A stretch of 64,000 nucleotides of DNA, taken from assembly GCA_017529425.1 (NCBI GenBank), contig JAFXNQ010000034.1, forward strand, positions 15,112 to 79,111, written 5' to 3'. The position numbers and the translations under genes are program-made. The notes below the pieces were generated by a model, which saw only the letters and a list, made by a program, of their open reading frames with translations, had not been told where the DNA came from and ran no database searches. This document shows positions 1 to 9,210 of the stretch, piece after piece. Numbering within the stretch: position 1 is the first letter of the stretch; each line of letters starts with the position of its first letter. Origin of the DNA: Bacteroidales bacterium (lineage in GTDB: Bacteria; Bacteroidota; Bacteroidia; Bacteroidales; UBA932).

Positions 1-40
1 TTGACTACGAGCTGATCCTCGACGATATCAAATAGACCCC

Positions 41-991
41 CTAACGGTACTTATTCTCCTCCTCAAGCATCCCGAGGTAGGAGTAGTAGCGATCCGGGCT
101 GATCTGGCCGGAATCCACTGCGGCCTTCACGGCGCAGCCGGGTTCGTGGGTGTGGGTGCAGGGCTTGAAGCGGCAGTTGTCCATAACCCTCAGCATCTCG
201 GGGAAATAGGTGCTGAGTTCCTCCTTCTTGAAATCGACCAGGCCGAAGCCGCGGATACCCGGTGAGTCAATCACGAAGCCGCCGCTGGCGATGGGGTACA
301 TCTCGTAAAAGGTGGTGGTGTGGCGCCCCTGCAGGTGGGCTGAAGAAATCTCCGCGGTGCGGATCATCTCAAGGGAGGGGTCGATTGCCTTTATCAGCGA
401 CGATTTGCCTACTCCGGAGGTACCGGAAAACAGGCTCACCTTGCCGGCAAGCCGTTCGCGCAGTGCATCCACGTTTTCCCCCGTAACAGCCGAAACCTCA
501 ATTATCCCGTAACCCGCGCCGGCATAAATATCACAGAACGACTCGGCAGTCTGTTTCAAGGCATCGTCGTGCAGATCGCACTTGTTCATTATGATGGACA
601 CGGGCACACCATAGGCCTCACAGGTGGTCAGAAAACGGTCCACAAAGGCCAGCTTGGTCTCCGGAAATGCCATTGTCACAATCAGGTACGCCTGATCGAC
701 ATTGGCTGCAATGATGTGCGCCTCGCGCGAAAGATTGGCGCTGCGCCGGATGATGTAGTTCTTGCGCGGATGGATGGCGGCAATGGCACTCATCCCCTCT
801 GCATACTCATAGTCCACTATGTCTCCCACCGCTACCGGATTGGTGGCTGTAGAACCCTTCAGGCGGACTTTTCCGCGCAGCACGGCGGGAAAAAGGTTCC
901 ACTCGGGAAGACGCGACAGCAGGTAATGGCTGCCGGTGTGCTTTACTACGACCGCCTGTCCCACAGCAGGTATGTTAGCCGTTTCTGTCAT
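41..991 (-). CDS. rsgA: Ribosome small-subunit-dependent GTPase A (circularly permuted GTPase)
   Basis: 316-aa ORF. The G4 motif NKCDL lies before the P-loop GTSGVGKSSLI (permuted order). C-terminal Zn-knuckle CRFKPCTHTHEPGCAV. ATGA overlap with the upstream CPBP gene. Confidence 0.9.
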   Translation of the reverse strand: MTETANIPAVGQAVVVKHTGSHYLLSRLPEWNLFPAVLRGKVRLKGSTATNPVAVGDIVDYEYAEGMSAIAAIHPRKNYIIRRSANLSREAHIIAANVDQAYLIVTMAFPETKLAFVDRFLTTCEAYGVPVSIIMNKCDLHDDALKQTAESFCDIYAGAGYGIIEVSAVTGENVDALRERLAGKVSLFSGTSGVGKSSLIKAIDPSLEMIRTAEISSAHLQGRHTTTFYEMYPIASGGFVIDSPGIRGFGLVDFKKEELSTYFPEMLRVMDNCRFKPCTHTHEPGCAVKAAVDSGQISPDRYYSYLGMLEEENKYR

Positions 992-1941
992 TTTGTCGTT
1001 TCTGATGGATTATGCCCCCCGCAGTCTCCATCCTGCAGGCTTCCTGCGTACTCCCTCTTTAGCCGCGACTGCAGAATCATTACGACTACAGCCGCTATGA
1101 AAAGAGCCGAGCAGCCTATCAGACCGGCTGCGGTCGGGCCCAGCAGCGCCTGGTTGTTATCGGTGACAAAGTACATGGGCGCTGCGGCAAAACCGTTCAC
1201 CGCGCCGTGGCCTATCACCGCCGGCCATACGCTGCCCGCGCGTTCGGTCCACCAGGTGAACAAAGTCCCTAAAACGATGCAGAAGAGACACATCATTGCT
1301 ATGCCCAACCAGGGCGCACCGGCGTATTCTGTGCCGTAATTGTGCCCCATGGCAATCAGCGGCGCATGCCAGAGACCCCAGATGAGGCCGCCTATGAACA
1401 CTGCTGGAATGAACTTGATTCTCTTACGCAGTTTGGGCATCATATAGCCCCGCCAGCCCCACTCCTCGCCGAAGCAGGTCACCACGTTAAGCAGCGGCGC
1501 CATTATTACGGCGACAATTATGTCAAGGATGACTTTCTGTTCCATCTGCTCCGGTGTGATGGTCACGCCCATCTCCGCGCTTTGCCGGATGATATATGAA
1601 TGGCTCGCGTCAAACTGCTCCGGATATATCAGGAAATAGGCCACCGCGCCCAGCGTGCAAAGCACCGGCGGCAGCAGCCAGGCCGCAACGCAGCTTTTCC
1701 AGCGGCCTCCGGAAAAATTCACGGAAAGTCGGGAATTCTTGAACCCCTCTCTGGTAATCAACCGCGTGGCAAGCACGCACAGCGCCGGTACAAACATCAT
1801 TGCCGCTACGATACCCTGTGCAACGATACTCTTGCCGTAACCTTGCTCCGCGACTATCGGCTTCACCACAAAAAACTCTAACGACCACGTTACCGCAAAT
1901 GTCAGCGCCAGATAAACAATCAGCCGTTTTATATCTTTCAT
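988..1941 (-). CDS. CPBP (CAAX/Abi) family intramembrane metalloprotease
   Basis: 317-aa polytopic membrane ORF with an ATG start. Motif 1 is EEWGWRGY (EExxxR). His-containing motifs WGLWHAPL and GHGAVNG lie in later TM segments. Confidence 0.75.
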   Translation of the reverse strand: MKDIKRLIVYLALTFAVTWSLEFFVVKPIVAEQGYGKSIVAQGIVAAMMFVPALCVLATRLITREGFKNSRLSVNFSGGRWKSCVAAWLLPPVLCTLGAVAYFLIYPEQFDASHSYIIRQSAEMGVTITPEQMEQKVILDIIVAVIMAPLLNVVTCFGEEWGWRGYMMPKLRKRIKFIPAVFIGGLIWGLWHAPLIAMGHNYGTEYAGAPWLGIAMMCLFCIVLGTLFTWWTERAGSVWPAVIGHGAVNGFAAAPMYFVTDNNQALLGPTAAGLIGCSALFIAAVVVMILQSRLKREYAGSLQDGDCGGHNPSETTK

Positions 1942-1992
1942 AAGGGCAAAGTTACCCTTTTTTGCTTATTTTTGGGAAAAATATCGCATACC

Positions 1993-3354
1993 ATGAAACA
2001 ACTCAGGATTTTAGTTCTTTTTGCGGCAGTCGTGCTTCTGGGCAGCTGCGGCGTTACGACTCATAAACAGTCTATAGCCCTGTTCGGCGGGTCCTTCACC
2101 GTGACCGGAGCCTCGGCCGTCGCTACCGATTATTGGGAAGAGCAACTGGATGCGACCGTCACCAAATACGGTGTCGGCGGAGCCGGCTTCTCCAACACCA
2201 CACAGGACGAGGGGAAACACATCCAATGGCAGATAGACCAGGCTTGCGCCCCCGATGCGCCGGTCTATGACACCTACGTGCTCTGGGCCTCCACAAACGA
2301 TTTCAGTAAGGCCAACACCCTCTCCGGCGACCCCTGGGACTACACTGAGTACGACGGGTTTGACCAAAACAAGCTCAACACCCAGTGCGGCGGCATCAAC
2401 TACGCCATCAAACGAATCCGTGAAAAGGCCCCCAAAGCCAGGATTCTATTTATGACATCCACCAAGTGCCTCAACACCCCCGGCAGCGGCACAGACATCA
2501 ACTATCGCGGTCCTGAGTGTGGTATGAATCTATTTGTGAACAAACAGATGCTATGTTGCCGTGCGGCCGACATCCCATACCTGGATCAGTTTACGGTACC
2601 GCCCTTTAACGAGAATAATGCCGGGCAGTATACAGAAAGCGACCATCTCCACCTGAACGAAGCGGGCTACGAGGCGCTGCGTGAGAATCAGGTAAGATTT
2701 CTGCGTGAGGGTAAGACCATTGTGGGACAGCACTTCGTCATCAACGGCCATTCCGATACCGACTTCCCCAATTATCGGCGTTATGCAGTGGCCAACACGG
2801 CTGTAACCAAGGCTCCTGTGGCGGTTCTTTTCGGTGACTCCATCACCGATGCCTGGCCGCGCGCCGATGCGGATTTCTTCACCGACAACAACTTTGTCGG
2901 GCGTGGCATCAGCGGTCAGACGACCGTGGACGCACTGGCCCGCTTCCGCGCCGACGTAGTTGCCCTCCATCCCAAATATGTCGCAATCCTGATTGGCACT
3001 AACGACCTTGCAGAGAATATTGGCGGCATCTCTATGGAGAACATCGTGGGCAACATCGCCGGTATGGTAGAGATTGCCCAGGCCAACGGCATTATTCCGC
3101 TGGTCTGCTCCCCGATTCCCGCCGCAGCATATCCCTGGCGTCGGGAGCTCGGCCCCCAGGCAAGCAATGTCAAGACGCTGGGCTCTATGGTTCAACGTAT
3201 GGCCGAGGAGAAAAATGTAACATACGTAGACTACTGGAACGCGATGAACGACGGCAATGGCGGCCTGTCTCCAGAGAACTCTGAAGACGGAGTGCACCCC
3301 ACCCTTGCCGGTTATAAAATCATGGAACGAGTACTTTTGGATTACATCAAATAA
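1993..3354 (+). CDS. Tandem SGNH/GDSL hydrolase lipoprotein (two esterase domains)
   Basis: The ORF track starts at TTG 1972. ATG at 1993 gives MKQLRILVLFAAVVLLGSCG (SPII lipobox). Domain 1: FGGSFT, STNDF, SDHLH. Domain 2: LFGDSITDAW, GISGQTT, IGTNDL, DGVHPTLAGY (blocks I, II, III, V). Confidence 0.7.
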   Translation: MKQLRILVLFAAVVLLGSCGVTTHKQSIALFGGSFTVTGASAVATDYWEEQLDATVTKYGVGGAGFSNTTQDEGKHIQWQIDQACAPDAPVYDTYVLWASTNDFSKANTLSGDPWDYTEYDGFDQNKLNTQCGGINYAIKRIREKAPKARILFMTSTKCLNTPGSGTDINYRGPECGMNLFVNKQMLCCRAADIPYLDQFTVPPFNENNAGQYTESDHLHLNEAGYEALRENQVRFLREGKTIVGQHFVINGHSDTDFPNYRRYAVANTAVTKAPVAVLFGDSITDAWPRADADFFTDNNFVGRGISGQTTVDALARFRADVVALHPKYVAILIGTNDLAENIGGISMENIVGNIAGMVEIAQANGIIPLVCSPIPAAAYPWRRELGPQASNVKTLGSMVQRMAEEKNVTYVDYWNAMNDGNGGLSPENSEDGVHPTLAGYKIMERVLLDYIK

Positions 3355-3362
3355 AACATATC

Positions 3363-4160
3363 ATGAAAAAACACTTTGCAATCCTTGCTGTTTTAATCTC
3401 ATCCGTCCTTTGCGGGTGTAATGTTGACGTAGTAGTAGACCCTGGAACACCTGTCGACAAAGAGTTTCTGATTGCCGGCGGGTATGACGCACTGGATGTT
3501 TCAAACTCCTTTGATGTTTTCGTTGATGAGAACGCCACCGCTGTCACCGTCACTGCCGGTGAAAACATTATGTCACGGGTCATTGTAGAGCAGGTCGGCG
3601 GGGAACTTAAAATTTATTGCAAACCACCAGTTGTGAGCGTAAACGGTGGCTATTTGAAGGCCATAATACCTCACAGTTCCGCCCTTAAAAACATAACTGT
3701 TTCTGGAGCAAGCGGCGTTGACACTTCCTACCCCGTTGTTGGCAATAATGTGAACATCAAGGTATCAGGAGCATCCCGCTTCGTCGGAGACATATCCGCC
3801 GATAAAGTTGATATGGATATCTCCGGCGCATCCCGTATTACGGGCAACGTTACTGCTGACGATATGAAACTGGAACTTAGCGGAGCGTCTGTAGCAGACA
3901 TTAAAGGTATAGTCGACAACCTTAAGATGAGCCTGAGCGGTGCCAGTCACAATAAAGAGAATGTTGTACTCCAGCACTACGGGCTGGAATGCACCAGCTG
4001 CAAAGGCTCCATCTCCGGTGCCAGCAAAGCATATATCCACTGCCTCGAAGACATTGACGTGAGCCTGTCCGGAGCCAGCTCACTCCACTATACCGGCGAT
4101 GCCACCGCTGACGACTGCTCCACATCCGGCGCATCCAGCGTTGTCCACGACCGGCTTTAA
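3363..4160 (+). CDS. DUF2807 / putative auto-transporter adhesin head (GIN) domain lipoprotein
   Basis: Signal plus lipobox LISSVLCGC. Eight roughly 20-aa repeats, each centred on SGAS (VSGASGVD, VSGASRFVGD, ISGASRITGN, LSGASVADIKG and others), typical of the DUF2807 beta-helix. Confidence 0.6.
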   Translation: MKKHFAILAVLISSVLCGCNVDVVVDPGTPVDKEFLIAGGYDALDVSNSFDVFVDENATAVTVTAGENIMSRVIVEQVGGELKIYCKPPVVSVNGGYLKAIIPHSSALKNITVSGASGVDTSYPVVGNNVNIKVSGASRFVGDISADKVDMDISGASRITGNVTADDMKLELSGASVADIKGIVDNLKMSLSGASHNKENVVLQHYGLECTSCKGSISGASKAYIHCLEDIDVSLSGASSLHYTGDATADDCSTSGASSVVHDRL

Positions 4161-4166
4161 CCAATA

Positions 4167-5066
4167 TTAAAAGATTACCATCGCCAGGGCATATGACAGA
4201 CCCACTAGCGACACAAGAGTCGTGGCGCCTGTCATTACCTTTTCGCGTGCTTCAGCACCGAGCTGAATTGTATATTGCCTGTTAATCAGGTGAAGGAAAG
4301 CCAGACTTGTCAGGGCATATATGAGCACCGAACCCCAGCGCATCTGAGCACCAAGCACTATCACCGGGCTCAAAACCCAAATAATAAGCAGGATACGATA
4401 CAGACGGTCTGTCTTTCGGCGGCCTATGATGCACGCCAGCGTCTTCCGTCCCGCCGGGATGTCCCGCTCTATGTCACATCCGTTATTGGAAAACATATTG
4501 ATGGACATTCCTATCATCGGGGGCAGTGCCTCAACCAGAACAAACCAGTTGAGTTCCCTGACTTGCATATAATAGGCCGCCAGAGGAATCAGTCCGCCCA
4601 TCACGAATCCACACAGAAGCTCCCCAAGCGGCAGATACGAGATGGGCATCCTGCCAAAGGCGTAGCAGAAAAGTACGACCGCCCCTATCAGTCCGATATA
4701 CAAAGGGACCAATCCGCAGGTATATACGACATAAACTGCCGGAATCAGCGCCAACAGCAGAAAAAGGAATCCCAGGTTGCGGGCCGTCTTGGGTTTCATA
4801 CCATATACGATTACTGCATCGTATGCATCCGGGGAATTATCAAGCGTGTCGGTACCCTTCACAAAATCTGCATAATCGTCAAAGGCATTCACGGCCGACT
4901 GCATCAGGATAACTATTACAAACAGGCAGAAAACCATCAGAGGATCCAGATGCCCAGTTTGATGATAAGCTATAGCCAATCCAATCACGGCCGGCGTTAC
5001 CGAACCCGTCCAGGTGTGCGGTGCGGCCAGGTTGACGATATCTTTAAATCGTAATTCTTTGCTCAT
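4167..5066 (-). CDS. menA: UbiA-family prenyltransferase, MenA-like (1,4-dihydroxy-2-naphthoate polyprenyltransferase)
   Basis: 299-aa polytopic ORF. First Asp-rich motif is NAFDDYADFVKGTD. Second motif is NNGCDIERDIPAGRKTLA, which closely resembles the MenA NNxRDxxxDxxxGRKTLA signature rather than the heme O synthase or UbiA pattern. Confidence 0.65.
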   Translation of the reverse strand: MSKELRFKDIVNLAAPHTWTGSVTPAVIGLAIAYHQTGHLDPLMVFCLFVIVILMQSAVNAFDDYADFVKGTDTLDNSPDAYDAVIVYGMKPKTARNLGFLFLLLALIPAVYVVYTCGLVPLYIGLIGAVVLFCYAFGRMPISYLPLGELLCGFVMGGLIPLAAYYMQVRELNWFVLVEALPPMIGMSINMFSNNGCDIERDIPAGRKTLACIIGRRKTDRLYRILLIIWVLSPVIVLGAQMRWGSVLIYALTSLAFLHLINRQYTIQLGAEAREKVMTGATTLVSLVGLSYALAMVIF

Positions 5067-5102
5067 ATTCAGCTAAGTTATTTATTTCTGTTCACTTTGC
5101 TT

Positions 5103-5888
5103 TTACCTCACGTTGTAGGTGTGGATGGAAAGACCTTGGGCTGATGGAAGGTAGTTGATGCCCCACCAGCATATCTGGAGGCATATGAAACTTACAATAA
5201 GTATGGCGCAGGCCGTCTCCCATTCAGCGGGTTTTGCCTTGCGCAGGTGCAGGTACACCAGATAACAGAGCCAGGTGGCGGCAGCCCAAGTTTCTTTAGG
5301 GTCCCAAGCCCAATAGGTGCCCCAGGCCTCCTTTGCCCACAGGGCGCCGAAGAGCATGCCGAAGGTGAGGAAGGCCAGGCCGACATATACCAGATTGTCT
5401 GTCAGGTTAATCTCCTTCTCCGTTGTCTTGTCATTCTTGATGAGCATATACACCGCCATGATTGTCGCGGCTCCCAACAGGGCATAGGAAAACATATACA
5501 CAATCACGTGGGGGGCAAACCAGGGGCTCTGTAGGGCCGGCATCAGGCTCTTGGAGTGGATTTCCGGCTTGAACAGGTTCACGCAGATGAATACCAGGGA
5601 GAGCATCGTGCTGAAACTCAGAATCCATTTATACTTCCAGCGGCTGTAAACGATAATGCCGGCAACGGGCAGGAAGAAAGAATACCACAAACGGGTTTCT
5701 CCCATTGTGCGAAGCGGCGGACGCTCCAGCGAGATCCACATCCCCAGAATGAAGGCAAAGAAGACGGTGATGCCGGCAAGCGTGCAGGCATACACCAGCG
5801 CCTTGCGCTCTTTCCAAGCGAAAAACGCGCCTGAAACCCACAGGAGCACGGCTGCCAATGCAAACCATATAAACAAATCCCAACTCAT
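5103..5888 (-). CDS. ccsA: Cytochrome c assembly protein CcsA (system II heme-handling subunit)
   Basis: 261-aa membrane ORF with the Trp-rich WWD-type motif WAKEAWGTYWAWDPKETWAAATW and a downstream His (LVYLHLR). ATGA overlap with the upstream ResB-like gene. Confidence 0.8.
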   Translation of the reverse strand: MSWDLFIWFALAAVLLWVSGAFFAWKERKALVYACTLAGITVFFAFILGMWISLERPPLRTMGETRLWYSFFLPVAGIIVYSRWKYKWILSFSTMLSLVFICVNLFKPEIHSKSLMPALQSPWFAPHVIVYMFSYALLGAATIMAVYMLIKNDKTTEKEINLTDNLVYVGLAFLTFGMLFGALWAKEAWGTYWAWDPKETWAAATWLCYLVYLHLRKAKPAEWETACAILIVSFICLQICWWGINYLPSAQGLSIHTYNVR

Positions 5889-6772
5889 TGCCGTACAGGT
5901 TTAGGGGCCATAAACAACATCAGACACAGGGCACCTGCAATCATCATAAAAATGCCGATATATACCCAGAATATCCAGGGATCGCGAACAAGTTGGAATG
6001 TGCTATAGGGACTCTCTGCGCCTTGTTTGACATCGTATCCGTATTGGTATATCTTCCATCCGTTCACCTTCAGAGGTTTGTTCACTTCCACCGTCCCCCG
6101 GACATTCTTCCCGTCTTCCGTATAAACGGTGATATCAGATGCAAAGCGCTTGGGCGTGCCGTCGTCATACTCTTCAAGTGTGAACTTGTGCAGTTCGATG
6201 GTCAGTCCCGGTTCGTGCAGGGCTCCGGCTTCATCCACCGCCCTCCATTCCGGCTCGCCTGTGAAGGAGGTCAGCCGCAGGTTTTGCATATCAGCGCTAC
6301 CCAGAGTGGCGGAGACAATGGCGACCACTACGCCAAGATGATTCAGGATGAACGGTATCTCCCTGGCCTTCCAGCGCAACAGATGATTCAACGCCGCCAG
6401 GGCCGAGATAATCATCATCCAGGCCCATATAAGCACGAATGGCCAGAAACGCAGCATCTGGCTCAGCCAGGGTATCCCGCCCATGCGCACCTGCGGTGTC
6501 AGGCCCATAATCATTGTAAGGGATGCGGCGTACACAAGGCAAGGTACTGCCGCTCCGGCGTGCATCATCCATTCAAAGGCATAAACCTTCCGCCGCATGA
6601 CAAACATCACACCGATGGCTGCCAGCAGCATAATAAGCACAATCAAGTTGACCGGCCAGGCAAAAATTTCCCACCGAATGGCACCCACTGCCACCTGCAG
6701 CAGCACTCCCGTAAAAAGTATGCCCCCTCCGACAAGGAATCCCTCCTTCATATTCCAGGGTTTAGCCCACAT
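5885..6772 (-). CDS. ResB/Ccs1-like cytochrome c biogenesis protein (short form)
   Basis: 295 aa with N-terminal TM helices. The soluble segment ends in VNKPLKVNGWKIYQYGYD, which resembles the ResB C-terminal NxPLxxxGxxIYQ motif. Translationally coupled to ccsA. Confidence 0.55.
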   Translation of the reverse strand: MWAKPWNMKEGFLVGGGILFTGVLLQVAVGAIRWEIFAWPVNLIVLIMLLAAIGVMFVMRRKVYAFEWMMHAGAAVPCLVYAASLTMIMGLTPQVRMGGIPWLSQMLRFWPFVLIWAWMMIISALAALNHLLRWKAREIPFILNHLGVVVAIVSATLGSADMQNLRLTSFTGEPEWRAVDEAGALHEPGLTIELHKFTLEEYDDGTPKRFASDITVYTEDGKNVRGTVEVNKPLKVNGWKIYQYGYDVKQGAESPYSTFQLVRDPWIFWVYIGIFMMIAGALCLMLFMAPKPVRQ

Positions 6773-6823
6773 ATTTCTTAATCTTTTTGAGTGTTTTCAT
6801 ATCCGCATCACTAAATAATTTCC

Positions 6824-6831
6824 CAAAGATA
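6824..6831 (-). promoter_or_regulatory. Candidate Bacteroidetes -7 box (TAtcTTTG) for resB-ccsA-menA
   Basis: The minus strand reads TATCTTTG about 51 nt upstream of the resB ATG (6772), in a divergent AT-rich intergenic region. Confidence 0.4.
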
Positions 6832-6859
6832 CTACAAATAAACATCCGGCATAAATACT

Positions 6860-6867
6860 TATATTTG
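6860..6867 (+). promoter_or_regulatory. Candidate -7 box (TAtaTTTG) for the DUF362 gene
   Basis: TATATTTG lies 39 nt upstream of ATG 6907. Confidence 0.4.
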
Positions 6868-6906
6868 GATTCGATAAACCGGATCCGGCAAGTTATACAA
6901 CGCATT

Positions 6907-7905
6907 ATGAAAAAGATAATTAACCTTTTATTCTTTGCAGCCATGATACTGAATTCCTGCGGACAACCATCAAATGAAGGTGCTACAGTCTATCTGACCA
7001 GAGAGATTTCACCCGAATCGCTGGTTAGAATTTACAAAGCCCTTGGCGTCCCGGCCAAAGGGCGCGTAGCCATCAAAATGAGCACCGGTGAGGGTAGCAA
7101 TCCCAATTACCTCAAGCCGGAACTTGTCAAAGAACTGTTTTTTGAAGTGAACGGCACTCTTGTCGAATGCAACACCGCCTACAGCAGCGGTCCGGACGAT
7201 TTGAAAGACGACCGCAACACATCGGCAAACCACTGGGATGTAATACGGCGCCACGGCTTTACCGAACTTTTCCCCGTGGACATTATGGACGAGTACGACG
7301 AGATCCGTATCCCTGTGAAAGACCGCTCCCACATCAAGTATGACATTGTGGGCGGCCATATGGCCAATTACGATTTCATGATTGCCCTCAACCACTTCAA
7401 GGGACACCCTATGGGTGGCTATGGCGGCGCGTTGAAAAATCTCTCAATAGGATGCGCCAGCCAGAACGGCAAGGCTTATATCCATTCAGCCGGCAAAATG
7501 GAGAAACTTGATATGGAGTTGCTCTGGACACCTGAATATATCGGCGACCAGGACGGATTCCTTGAGAGTATGGCCGCTTCTGCCCAGGCGGTAGTGGACT
7601 ATTTCCAGCGTCAGGAAGGTATAATCTATATCTCTGTGATGAACAATATGTCTATCGACTGCGACTGTGTGGACCATCCCGAGCCCGTGAAACTCGAGGA
7701 CTACGGCATCCTTGCCTCCACCGATCCGGTGGCCCTTGACCAGGCTTGCGTAGACATCATCAACAACCAGGAAGTGACCGCCACCAACGACCCTACCGAC
7801 CTGCTTGGCCGCATCGACCAGCAACACGGCACGCACACCATCGACCATGCAGAAAAGATTGGGCTTGGCACGAAGAAATATACCATTGTAAGCATCGACA
7901 AGTAA
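6907..7905 (+). CDS. DUF362 domain protein (uncharacterised Fe-S centre protein family) with lipoprotein signal
   Basis: The ORF track begins at 6787. In-frame ATG 6907 gives MKKIINLLFFAAMILNSCGQ (SPII). The body resembles COG2768/DUF362 (MSTGEGSNPNYL, NHFKGHPMGGYGGALKN, SIDCDCVDHPEP). Confidence 0.55.
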   Translation: MKKIINLLFFAAMILNSCGQPSNEGATVYLTREISPESLVRIYKALGVPAKGRVAIKMSTGEGSNPNYLKPELVKELFFEVNGTLVECNTAYSSGPDDLKDDRNTSANHWDVIRRHGFTELFPVDIMDEYDEIRIPVKDRSHIKYDIVGGHMANYDFMIALNHFKGHPMGGYGGALKNLSIGCASQNGKAYIHSAGKMEKLDMELLWTPEYIGDQDGFLESMAASAQAVVDYFQRQEGIIYISVMNNMSIDCDCVDHPEPVKLEDYGILASTDPVALDQACVDIINNQEVTATNDPTDLLGRIDQQHGTHTIDHAEKIGLGTKKYTIVSIDK

Positions 7906-7925
7906 TCAGATAACCAACCGGACGG

Positions 7926-8543
7926 ATGAAAGTATTACTCATAAACGGCAGTCCCCGTGCAAAGGGCAACACGTCCTTCGCATTGACAGAGGTCTCCAGG
8001 CAGCTGGAGAAGAATGGCATTGACAGTGAGATTGTCTGGATAGGCAACAAGCCTGTACGCGGTTGCATCGCCTGCAACCGGTGCAGGGAGAATCCCGGCA
8101 GATGCATATTCGACGATGACGTCTGCAACAGCATCAGCGCCAAGTTCACCGGGTGTGACGCATTGATTGTGGGCTCTCCCGTATATTGGGGACAGCCCAA
8201 TGGCGCTTTGCTTTCCATCATCCAGCGAGCCTTTTACTCAAACGGTGCCAACATCGCCGGCAAACCTGCCGCTGCAGTTGCCGTATGCAGAAGAGGCGGT
8301 GCCACCGCATCGTTTGAAACCCTGAATATGCCCTTCCAGATGATGAATATGCCCGTTGTCACCTCTCAGTATTGGAATATCGTCTATGGCCGTGAACCCG
8401 GTCAGGCGGCATTAGACAGCGAAGGTATGCAGACTATGCGTGCACTGGCCAACAATATGGCCTGGCTGCTGAAAGCCACCGGCGGCAAGCCGGCACCGGG
8501 TCGCGCCGGCGAAGACTGGGAACCGATGCACTTCATCAGGTAA
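7926..8543 (+). CDS. Iron-sulfur flavoprotein / NADPH-dependent FMN reductase (flavodoxin-like fold)
   Basis: MKVLLINGSPRAKGNTS N-terminus. Compact Cys motif CIACNRCRENPGRC (CX2CX2CX6C). 20-nt gap after the DUF362 gene. Confidence 0.65.
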   Translation: MKVLLINGSPRAKGNTSFALTEVSRQLEKNGIDSEIVWIGNKPVRGCIACNRCRENPGRCIFDDDVCNSISAKFTGCDALIVGSPVYWGQPNGALLSIIQRAFYSNGANIAGKPAAAVAVCRRGGATASFETLNMPFQMMNMPVVTSQYWNIVYGREPGQAALDSEGMQTMRALANNMAWLLKATGGKPAPGRAGEDWEPMHFIR

Positions 8544-8586
8544 ATCAGTATCTCTTACCGCCTGGCAGGCGCAAGAATAGCTCATA

Positions 8587-9138
8587 ATGAGCAGACTGTT
8601 TGTCATACTGCTGGCCTTCGTGCTTTCACAGCAAATAGTGAAGGCCCAGGTCTCGTTCGACCCCGTTGAAGGGTGCCTGAACGTAGTTGATTTCACCGCT
8701 GGGAAAGGTTTCGGAGAATCTGGGAGCAACATCATCTCTGCCCGTTATCTTCACGAACGGTTTATCAATGAGCGATTCTGTGTTGGACTTGGAGTGGGTT
8801 ACAGTTATCTCAACAGATGTCAATTCTCGGCTATTCCGCTCTTCTTCAGCACTCATTATTTTTTACTGGACAAGCGCTTCTCTCCATTCGTGAACATAAA
8901 GGCCGGCTTGTATTGGCCTGTCGGAATAAACAGCAATCAATCCGGAGTAAACCTATATTTAGCGCCAAGTGCCGGAGTCAAGCTACATATCACGCCCCGC
9001 ATCGGTATACTGGCATCTTTGGGTTATGATGCTTATTTGCAGAAAACGCTTATTTCTGTCAAAAATGGGTATCAAACCAGAGTGGTGTCAAACTTGGATA
9101 TCGGCTTAGGCGTTTGCTTCCAGATACCGGGATGGTAG
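8587..9138 (+). CDS. Small outer-membrane beta-barrel (porin-family) protein, hypothetical
   Basis: 183 aa with a signal peptide ending VKAQ. Alternating hydrophobic beta-strand pattern and a C-terminal aromatic residue (IPGW). Confidence 0.35.
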   Translation: MSRLFVILLAFVLSQQIVKAQVSFDPVEGCLNVVDFTAGKGFGESGSNIISARYLHERFINERFCVGLGVGYSYLNRCQFSAIPLFFSTHYFLLDKRFSPFVNIKAGLYWPVGINSNQSGVNLYLAPSAGVKLHITPRIGILASLGYDAYLQKTLISVKNGYQTRVVSNLDIGLGVCFQIPGW

Positions 9139-9195
9139 CCGAAAACAAGAGCCGCAATCCGTAAAAATGGTAGGTGGCAACTGGTGTAATTCTTA

Positions 9196-9203
9196 TACCT
9201 TTG
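9196..9203 (+). promoter_or_regulatory. Candidate -7 box (TAccTTTG) for the AraC-led operon
   Basis: TACCTTTG ends 7 nt before ATG 9211, which implies a near-leaderless transcript. Confidence 0.35.
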
Positions 9204-9210
9204 TATTACC

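Noticed and set aside
1-35. Possible 3' end of a plus-strand gene (...DYELILDDIK stop at 33-35).
   Set aside because: Only 11 codons are visible, which cannot be supported or identified.
3660-4140. Periodic SGAS-encoding repeats in the DUF2807 gene, considered as a tandem DNA repeat or CRISPR-like array.
   Set aside because: The repeats are conserved at the protein level only (beta-helix rungs). The nucleotide units are not identical, the spacing is irregular, and everything lies in one ORF.
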